A DNA stretch of 12,216 bases, from assembly GCA_003558085.1 (NCBI GenBank), contig PWMT01000095.1, forward strand, positions 1-12,216, read 5' to 3'. Each line of letters starts with the position of its first letter. Positions within the stretch are counted from its first letter, which is position 1. Positions 5,665 through 12,216 of this stretch are shown here, one piece after another. The DNA is from Methanobacteriaceae archaeon (GTDB taxonomy: Archaea > Methanobacteriota > Methanobacteria > Methanobacteriales > Methanobacteriaceae). The notes under the pieces are model-generated. The model made no database searches and was not told where the DNA came from. It saw nothing but the letters and a program-made list of their open reading frames with translations. Both the position numbers and the translations under genes were made by a program.

Positions 5665-8046
5665 ATGATTATAATGACTAATAACTCTCCCCAAGTAGAA
5701 TACATACCTCCGGTATACAAGGAAAAACGCCTGAGGCATAGTAAAAATCCAGATAAAATAGGGGTTTTCCTATGTCGCTGTGGAGATAATATTTCCAATA
5801 TTATTGATATGGAAAAATTAAAATCCAGTATTAAAGCAGACTTTGTAGCTGAATTTGAAAATCTCTGCTCTATTAACTGCAGGAGACATATCCGAGAGGA
5901 AATAATTGAACATGATTTAGATCGGGTGGCTATAGTAGCCTGCTCACCATTAACCCATCTTAAAACTTTTCAAAATTATGCAGATCCCTTAAATCCCCAC
6001 ATGGTGGAGATGATTAACTTACGGGAGCAGTGTTCCTGGGTGCATACTGATCAGGAGAAAGCCACTAAAAAGGCGATTGAAGTAACCCGGGCGGGAATAG
6101 AAAAATTGAAAAATGCCCAGGCTCTTGATAAGATAATCCGTCAAACTGAAAAAAGCGCTGCTATATTTGGTGGGGGTATTTCCGGGATTACCGCTGCGTT
6201 ATCTTTGGCTAATCAAGGCATCAAAAGTTGTATTATAGAAAAAAAACCTACCATTGGTGGTAATATGGTTAAGATTGGTAAGGTTTTCTCTCCTGAAAAA
6301 TTAGCAGAAGAATGTGCATTATGTATTTTAAACCCCATCATTAACGAGGTTATCAACCATAAAAACATTCACATCATGACCAGAACCAATCTACTGCGCG
6401 CTGGAAGAAAAGCCACTCATTTTAAACTTATTTTGGAAAAAGATACCGGACTAGTACATGAAGAACGTTGCATTGCCTGTGGAAAATGTGCAGAGGTCTG
6501 TCCGGTGGAGGTTCCTGATGAATGGAATCAGAAAATGACCACTCGTAAGGCTATCTATAAAACCTTCCCCCAGGCCGTCCCTGATGTTTACACTATTGAT
6601 AGGGAAAACTGTATAGAATGTGGAATGTGTGCAGAGGCCTGTAAAATGGGTGCTATTGATTTTAAATTAAAACCGGAGGTTATTCCCTTCCAGGCAGGGA
6701 ATATTATCATCGCCACTGGCCATGAAAATTATGATTTAAATAAACGTCCAGAATATGGTTACCACCGCTTTGACGATGTGATATCCCAGATGGATTTATC
6801 CCGTATCTTAGGAGTTAATGGTCCTACCCAGGGTGAACTTTTACGAATTTCTGATGGAAAGGTCCCGGATAAAGTGGTGATGATCCAATGTACTGGATCC
6901 CGGGATGAAAAAGCCGATGGTAAACGTTACTGCTCTAAAGTTTGCTGCATGATTGCCTTAAAACATGCCAGCATCATCCGGGAACATTATCCCGATACCG
7001 AAGTAGTGATATGTTACACTGACCTGCGTACGGTGGGCATGTATGAGAATTATCTGCGCTATGTACAGGATAAGGGCCTTAAATTAATAAGGGGAAGGCC
7101 GGGTGAGGTAAGTAAAAAGGATGGTAAATTAGTGGTGCGGGTGGAGGATACCCTGGAAGGAAAACCATTGGATATTGAAACCGATATGGTTGTATTATCA
7201 GAGGCTATTGAACCCTCCGCAGGTACCATGCGTATTGCCCGGAAATTAAATGTGGGTATGAATCAGGATCTCTTTATCAAGGAGAAACATGCTAAGATCA
7301 AACCAGTAAATACTGATATGGGGAGAATTTTCGTATGCGGCACTGCCCAGGGACCTAAAGATATAACTGATAGTGTAGCCCAGGCTAATGCTGCGGCGGC
7401 TAAGGTTTCTGAAGAAATAGAATCGGGTACTGAAGCAGAACCACCTGTAGCAGTAATAGAAACATCAAAATGTGATCTGTGTGGTAAATGTAGGAATATC
7501 TGCGGATTTAAAGCTGTCTATAAGGATGAAGAAAATATGGCAGTGGATCCTATGGCATGCCGGGGTTGCGGGGCCTGCGCAGGGCAATGCCCTCAAGAAG
7601 CCATTGAAATTAAAGGAATCAATGACCAGGAACTCTATGCCCAAATCAAAGCTCTTTTAAGTGATAAAGAGGAAGGAGAAATTCGTATATTAGCATTCCT
7701 GGATAATGTGGGTTATACTGCCGCTGATACTATAGGGTACAATCGGATCAACTATCCTGAGGCGATTCGGATTATACGCATACCATCCATCAATCGTATC
7801 ATGTCCCATCATTTAATGTATGCCTTTAATCAGGGTGCAGATGGAATATTAATGGCGGAATATCCTGATGAATGCATGTTAGAAGCTCATAAAGCAAAAA
7901 TAAAAGAATTAACTGAGAAAATAGCAGCTGAAGGCATTCCTAATGATAGATTACGATTCTATAAGGCTTACGCCCCCCACTATCGGGGTTTAAATAAGCA
8001 ATTCCACCGCTTCTATGAGGATATACGCGCAGAAGCTAAAATCTAA
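5665..8046 (+). CDS. hdrA: Heterodisulfide reductase subunit A with fused degenerate MvhD-like C-terminal domain
   Basis: IGVFLCRCG, ACSP, NLREQCSWVH, FAD motif GGGISG, CALC, IQCTGSRD...YCSKVCC, four CxxCxxCxxxC motifs, GPKDI; last ~120 aa resemble MvhD (YPEAIRIIR, AFNQGADG). Start could be 5665 or 5674; no clear SD. Confidence 0.95.
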   Translation: MIIMTNNSPQVEYIPPVYKEKRLRHSKNPDKIGVFLCRCGDNISNIIDMEKLKSSIKADFVAEFENLCSINCRRHIREEIIEHDLDRVAIVACSPLTHLKTFQNYADPLNPHMVEMINLREQCSWVHTDQEKATKKAIEVTRAGIEKLKNAQALDKIIRQTEKSAAIFGGGISGITAALSLANQGIKSCIIEKKPTIGGNMVKIGKVFSPEKLAEECALCILNPIINEVINHKNIHIMTRTNLLRAGRKATHFKLILEKDTGLVHEERCIACGKCAEVCPVEVPDEWNQKMTTRKAIYKTFPQAVPDVYTIDRENCIECGMCAEACKMGAIDFKLKPEVIPFQAGNIIIATGHENYDLNKRPEYGYHRFDDVISQMDLSRILGVNGPTQGELLRISDGKVPDKVVMIQCTGSRDEKADGKRYCSKVCCMIALKHASIIREHYPDTEVVICYTDLRTVGMYENYLRYVQDKGLKLIRGRPGEVSKKDGKLVVRVEDTLEGKPLDIETDMVVLSEAIEPSAGTMRIARKLNVGMNQDLFIKEKHAKIKPVNTDMGRIFVCGTAQGPKDITDSVAQANAAAAKVSEEIESGTEAEPPVAVIETSKCDLCGKCRNICGFKAVYKDEENMAVDPMACRGCGACAGQCPQEAIEIKGINDQELYAQIKALLSDKEEGEIRILAFLDNVGYTAADTIGYNRINYPEAIRIIRIPSINRIMSHHLMYAFNQGADGILMAEYPDECMLEAHKAKIKELTEKIAAEGIPNDRLRFYKAYAPHYRGLNKQFHRFYEDIRAEAKI

Positions 8047-8154
8047 TTTTTATTAAATTAAAATAGAAAAACCTAATTCTATAGGATTAGCAAGCCCATC
8101 ATTTCTATTAAATTAGATTTATACTCCCCCATAATCTGTGGGGGGAGGAGTTTA

Positions 8155-8193
8155 ATGGCAAAGAATATTTATTCCCTACCATCCCATAATTAA
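8155..8193 (+). CDS. Possible 12-codon upstream ORF (MAKNIYSLPSHN)
   Basis: GGAGGAG (8144-8150) 4 nt before ATG 8155; TAA at 8191-8193, just before the next gene's SD. Confidence 0.25.
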   Translation: MAKNIYSLPSHN

Positions 8194-8207
8194 TAATGGT
8201 GATGATC

Positions 8208-8603
8208 ATGGTAATGAATGAGGAGATGATGGATGCTGTTGAAAAAAATCTGGTTTTCATGGCCACTGCCAACCAGCAAGGCATGCCTAATGTAGTTCCC
8301 ATAGGCTTTGCCCGGCCTTTAAATGAAAACACGATCCTGATTGTAGATAACTATATGCATAAGACCATTAAAAATTTAGAGGAGAACCCTCAATTATCCT
8401 TAATTATACAGGATGCTAAATCCTTTCCCTATCAATTTAAGGGTACCGTGGAAATATTTAAATCTGGTAAATACTTTGACGAGGCAGTAGAATGGGCTCA
8501 AAATGTTATGAGCGAATTAGAGCCAAAATCAGCCATATTATTCACGGTAAAAGAGATATATTCAGTAAAGCCCGGTCCACAAGCTGGAGAAAAAATTGCA
8601 TAA
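8208..8603 (+). CDS. Pyridoxamine 5'-phosphate oxidase-like split-barrel flavin (FMN)-binding protein
   Basis: FMATANQQGMPNVVPI...DNYMHKTIKNLEENPQ...YQFKG pattern. The ORF is open from 8196; GGTGA SD (8198-8202) favours ATG 8208. Confidence 0.88.
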   Translation: MVMNEEMMDAVEKNLVFMATANQQGMPNVVPIGFARPLNENTILIVDNYMHKTIKNLEENPQLSLIIQDAKSFPYQFKGTVEIFKSGKYFDEAVEWAQNVMSELEPKSAILFTVKEIYSVKPGPQAGEKIA

Positions 8604-9101
8604 AATTAAAATGAATAGAATATTACTGTTAGGGCCTCAAAAACGGATAAGAAAAGCACCATAATAGTTATAATAAAAATTAAAAGTTCTAAAATTCTAT
8701 TTTAATTCAATCAAGTTAAACTTTAATCAAGCTAAAGTAAAAAAAGAATAAAATATTTTGCAATTGCTTCCTAGAATATTTATAGCCTTATAAGATAAAA
8801 AAATGGTATAAACTGTTCTACCCCCATCCTATAAAATTAAACTATATCTATCTTCCCCACTTTAGAGAATAAATAAATAAACTAAATTTTCACAATCAAT
8901 TAAACTATAACCCTACTACTTTAGTCCTGGAAATTAGGTTTTAACATGATTGGAGTTAAATTATACAGTAATCTAAGGAGTTTTAAATTGAATCTATTAT
9001 GAGCTTAATAATAATTAAGTATAAAATATATAAAATCTAATTCTAAACTAAAGGTTATTAAAATTATTGTTCTATAATTCCGCTATGAGACATTGATTAA
9101 C

Positions 9102-9473
9102 ATGAAAGCACCTTGTGAAATGGTGGTATGGTATGTTATACCCACCATTAGATCAGAACTAGCCAAAGAATTATTTAAACTTGGAATGATACAGAAAGAA
9201 ATAGCAGTTTTACTGGATATAACCCAACCTGCCGTTTCCCAGTACCTAAGTGATAAAAGAGGTAAGGAGCTTGAATTAAACCCAGAAATCTTGGTTTTGA
9301 TTAAAAATCTTGCCAGGGATTTAAATCAAGGAAAGGCAACTACTAAGGATATGGTTTCCCGAACCTGTCAGATCTGTCGAGAAATAAAAAGCTATGATAT
9401 TATCTGCCAGATTCACAAAGAAAAAGATAATGTCCCTCCCAACTGCTCTGTCTGTCTGGATTTAGATAAATAA
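9102..9473 (+). CDS. Archaeal XRE-like HTH transcriptional regulator (COG2522-type) with Cys/His-rich C-terminus
   Basis: PCE...IPTIRSELA...QKEIAVLLDITQPAVSQYLSDKRG HTH; tail CxxC-x9-CxxH-x9-CxxC. ATG 9102 preferred over TTG 9093. Confidence 0.85.
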   Translation: MKAPCEMVVWYVIPTIRSELAKELFKLGMIQKEIAVLLDITQPAVSQYLSDKRGKELELNPEILVLIKNLARDLNQGKATTKDMVSRTCQICREIKSYDIICQIHKEKDNVPPNCSVCLDLDK

Positions 9474-9588
9474 TTCACAACTAAATTCAACAGGCTTTAT
9501 TATTTTCAAATAAAATTTAGAATTATCTCTTAAGTTAATACATTAAAGTTTAAATTATTTATTTTAAAATTATTATTATTGGTGTAAA

Positions 9589-11046
9589 ATGTGTGCTATA
9601 GCTGGAATAAGAGACACTGATATTGCCGGTGACCTTAAAAACATGTTGGATAGTATGCAACATAGAGGAAGAGATGGTACTGGCTACTGGATTAAAGGGA
9701 ACCTCATCCAGGGAGAAGTATGTGAAGTGAACATCCCCGGGGCGTCTATAGGAATAGGACATAAACTCCTCTCTATCGTGGGCCGAGAATCATACCAGCC
9801 CCTAATAGATGATAACCTGGTTTTAGTCTGTAATGGTGAAATATACAATTATCAGGAATTGAAAGAGAAATTTGAACTGGAAACCAAGACCGAATCAGAC
9901 TGTGAAGTAATTTTAAAACTAATCTCAAAATTCAGGGAGGATAATCTATTAGAGGCAATAAAAAAAACATTACCCTACCTGGATGGAGATTATGCTTTTG
10001 CCCTCCTAGATGAGGAGAACCTGATACTGGGTAGAGATCCAGTAGGGGTTAAACCACTATATTATGGACAAACACCTTCCCTAAGGTGGGCCTTCGCCTC
10101 AGAAAAAAAGGCCTTATGGAAAGTGGGAATAGAGAAAGTGCAAACCCTACCACCAGGACACTTGCTTTTTAATCAAAATTTGATTCCATTGCAAAAGACC
10201 ATACCCCCATCCTCTAAGAGCAAAACGGATACTAGTAAGAAAATATTAAAATCTGCTCTGGAAAATTCCCTGATTAAATCAGTGCATAAGAGAGTTAAAG
10301 GACTGGAAGAGGTGGGATTAGTATTTTCTGGTGGAGTGGACAGCACACTCCTGGCCTGCCTATTAAAAGATATGGAAATAAATACCACCCTCTATACGGT
10401 GGGAACCCCTAATTCTCCTGATTTAAGTTATGCTCAAAGGGGAGCCGAACTATTAGATTTAAAACTCAAAACTTTTATAGTAGATGAGAATGTGGTGAAA
10501 TCCACATTAAAACCAGTTTTAACTGCTATTGAAGAATTTAATGTGATGAAAATAGGGGTGGGTATGCCCTTGTATTTAGCAGCTCAGCTAGCCTGCAAAG
10601 ATGGAATAAAAGTGGTGCTTACTGGTCAAGGTGCAGATGAACTCTTTGGAGGATACCATCGCTATCTCCAATATTATAGTCGCAGTCTAGAGTTAACCCA
10701 GGAACATTTAAAAAAAGATGTGGAAAGAAGTTATGAGGTTAACCTGCAACGTGATGATGCGGTGACCATGGCCCATGGTGTGGAACTCCGGGTTCCCTAC
10801 TTAGATAGGGAAGTTATAAAAGTGGCTATGGATATACCTATTAAGTATAAAATAAAAGATGAAAAGGATAATCTTCGCAAAAATATACTACGGGAGTTAG
10901 CCCTGGATCGAGGGGTTCCCCCTTTCATTGCACATCGTCCTAAAAAAGCAGCTCAATATGGTTCAGGAATCCATAAGATTTTAATCAAGAAAGTACTTAA
11001 AGATTTTGATGAAGAGTACTTTATCCAAAAACTGAGAGGATTTTAA
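9589..11046 (+). CDS. asnB: Asparagine synthase (glutamine-hydrolysing)
   Basis: N-terminal nucleophile Cys2 (MCAIAG), HRG, NGEIYN, GRDPVGVKPLYY, SGGVDS, GQGADELFGGY, ELRVPYLD. GGTG SD. Confidence 0.95.
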   Translation: MCAIAGIRDTDIAGDLKNMLDSMQHRGRDGTGYWIKGNLIQGEVCEVNIPGASIGIGHKLLSIVGRESYQPLIDDNLVLVCNGEIYNYQELKEKFELETKTESDCEVILKLISKFREDNLLEAIKKTLPYLDGDYAFALLDEENLILGRDPVGVKPLYYGQTPSLRWAFASEKKALWKVGIEKVQTLPPGHLLFNQNLIPLQKTIPPSSKSKTDTSKKILKSALENSLIKSVHKRVKGLEEVGLVFSGGVDSTLLACLLKDMEINTTLYTVGTPNSPDLSYAQRGAELLDLKLKTFIVDENVVKSTLKPVLTAIEEFNVMKIGVGMPLYLAAQLACKDGIKVVLTGQGADELFGGYHRYLQYYSRSLELTQEHLKKDVERSYEVNLQRDDAVTMAHGVELRVPYLDREVIKVAMDIPIKYKIKDEKDNLRKNILRELALDRGVPPFIAHRPKKAAQYGSGIHKILIKKVLKDFDEEYFIQKLRGF

Positions 11047-11110
11047 AGAAAAAATGAGTTAATTAAGAGTTTAAATTTAAAAAAATGATAATATATTTTG
11101 AGGGATTATA

Positions 11111-11326
11111 ATGAAGATCGAAAAAGAAGCAGAAAAGATACTAGCAGAATTTTCCAAAGCATTGGAAAATTTACCTGATTTAGAGGAAACCCATTACTTA
11201 GTAGATAACTTGAATCGCACCCGTGAAGATGTAGCTGAAGAGAAAAATCCTGATAAAATATTAAGAAACACCCGACAAGACCAAGAAGGGAATATCATCG
11301 CTGAGAAAGGAAAGTGGATCCAATAA
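11111..11326 (+). CDS. gatC: Asp/Glu-tRNA amidotransferase subunit C
   Basis: 71-aa acidic protein, EAEKILAEFSKALE...ETHY...NRTRED...KGKW, matching the archaeal GatC pattern and its usual context next to asnB. Confidence 0.8.
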   Translation: MKIEKEAEKILAEFSKALENLPDLEETHYLVDNLNRTREDVAEEKNPDKILRNTRQDQEGNIIAEKGKWIQ

Positions 11327-11339
11327 AAGAGTAGATAAT

Positions 11340-11828
11340 ATGCGAACCAACCTAGTATTGGAACTGCAAGATGTCCCTGGCCAATTAGTAGGGGTTTTAG
11401 ATCCTATCGGAGCTTTAGGAGCTAATATTGTAACGATTATTCACCAAAGGGATGTTAAAACTGAAAGAGGAACTATTCCTGTAGAAATAACTTTAGAGGG
11501 TGATCAGGAAACTCTGGATCGGGTTTTAAATAAACTGGATGAACTGAATATTCATATTAGGGCTGTAGATGGGATAATGTTAAAGGAGAAAATTATCACC
11601 CTCCTTCTGGGTAAAATAATAGACCGGGATGTTAAAGATACCATGGATAAAATAAATCAATTGGAAGGAGTGCGCGTAGCTGACCTGGAATTGAAGATCT
11701 CTGAAAATGATCAGGATTCCTCAGCCAAGATTATAGTAGAAGCAGAATACGGCAACCGGGACTTATTCATGGATAAAATTAATGAAATAGCAGATTTTAA
11801 GGGATTCCAGGTTATCAGTGAAGTTTAA
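11340..11828 (+). CDS. ACT-domain amino-acid-binding protein (putative allosteric regulator of homoserine dehydrogenase)
   Basis: LELQDVPGQL...GANIVTIIH ACT signature; directly upstream of hom. Confidence 0.85.
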   Translation: MRTNLVLELQDVPGQLVGVLDPIGALGANIVTIIHQRDVKTERGTIPVEITLEGDQETLDRVLNKLDELNIHIRAVDGIMLKEKIITLLLGKIIDRDVKDTMDKINQLEGVRVADLELKISENDQDSSAKIIVEAEYGNRDLFMDKINEIADFKGFQVISEV

Positions 11829-11846
11829 TTAATGCAGATATTACCT

Positions 11847-11860
11847 AAAAGCTTATATAA
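11847..11860 (+). promoter_or_regulatory. BRE/TATA promoter candidate for hom
   Basis: AAAAGC-TTATATAA, 100 nt upstream of the hom start. Confidence 0.5.
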
Positions 11861-11959
11861 ATAATTATAATGTTTTTTATCTATTAATAAGCTTATTTTT
11901 AAGAAATTAGTTTAACACTAGTTTTAAGGGATAATTATTAATTTAATGAGATGATTTTT

Positions 11960-12216
11960 ATGCGTATATGTTTAATGGGATTTGGAGCAGTTGGCAGGGG
12001 CTTGGCCCAGGTCATATCCATGAAAAATGATGATTTAAAGGAAAAATATGGGATGGATTTAAAATTAGTAGCAGTAAGTGATAGTTCAGGATCAGTGATA
12101 AATGAGGAAGGTTTAGATGTGGATTTACTCTTGGAGACCAAGGCTCGCACTGGAAAAGTATGTAAATATCCAGAATATGGTATTCCGGATGTAGCTAATT
12201 ATAAAACCATGGACAT
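11960..12216 (+). CDS. hom: Homoserine dehydrogenase, 5' part (runs off window)
   Basis: Not in the ORF track. Reads MRICLMGFGAVGRGLAQVISMK...LKLVAVSDSSGSVINEEGLD with the GFGxVG Rossmann motif and no stop to the window end; alternative ATG at 11951. Confidence 0.92.
   Translation, partial: MRICLMGFGAVGRGLAQVISMKNDDLKEKYGMDLKLVAVSDSSGSVINEEGLDVDLLLETKARTGKVCKYPEYGIPDVANYKTMD

Noticed and set aside
7472-7660. 62-aa + strand ORF
   Set aside because: Alternative frame within the hdrA ferredoxin domain; hdrA is intact, so no frameshift is implied.
5665-8046. Selenocysteine recoding in HdrA or the MvhD-like domain
   Set aside because: No in-frame TGA; the missing Cys positions are ordinary sense codons.
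8108-8332. 74-aa minus-strand ORF
   Set aside because: Overlaps the PNPOx-like gene in antisense; no domain evidence.
9559-10388. Minus-strand ORFs 9559-9762 and 10173-10388
   Set aside because: Antisense to asnB.
11938-12150. 70-aa minus-strand ORF
   Set aside because: Antisense to the clearly recognisable hom 5' end.
9589-12216. asnB next to gatC as a novelty
   Set aside because: The asnB-gatC-ACT-hom arrangement is an ordinary housekeeping block in these methanogens.
1-12216. CRISPR array, IS element, or integrated element at tRNA-Cys
   Set aside because: No regularly spaced repeats, transposase or integrase seen, and no duplicate of the tRNA 3' end noticed in the window.

Overview
AT-rich archaeal DNA, very probably from a methanogen of the Methanobacteriales (archaeal BRE/TATA promoters, hdr genes, a methanogen-type Cys-rich peptide, an asnB-gatC-ACT-hom block). 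All credible genes are on the + strand: the 3' end of a [4Fe-4S] protein, a CBS-pair protein, a TIGR04165-like Cys-rich peptide, tRNA-Cys(GCA) directly followed by cysS, a compact hdrC-hdrB-hdrA cluster, a PNPOx-like flavin-binding protein, a COG2522-type HTH regulator with a Cys/His-rich tail, then asnB, gatC, an ACT protein and the 5' end of hom. Main points: (1) the Hdr is non-canonical: HdrA carries a fused MvhD-like domain lacking most [2Fe-2S] cysteines, has Ser at the flavin-site Glu associated with electron bifurcation, and HdrB has TCG instead of CCG in its second CCG domain; (2) the tRNA-Cys has A37 rather than the G37 used by SepRS and is paired with a CysRS whose Zn-ligand Cys is replaced by Asp; (3) the Cys-rich peptide promoter has an MsvR-like TTCG-N8-CGAA box and a possible anti-SD switch. 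Together these suggest a cysteine/thiol-redox gene neighbourhood, which is a hypothesis only. No CRISPR, rRNA or mobile element was seen. Family calls come from motif recognition, not database searches.
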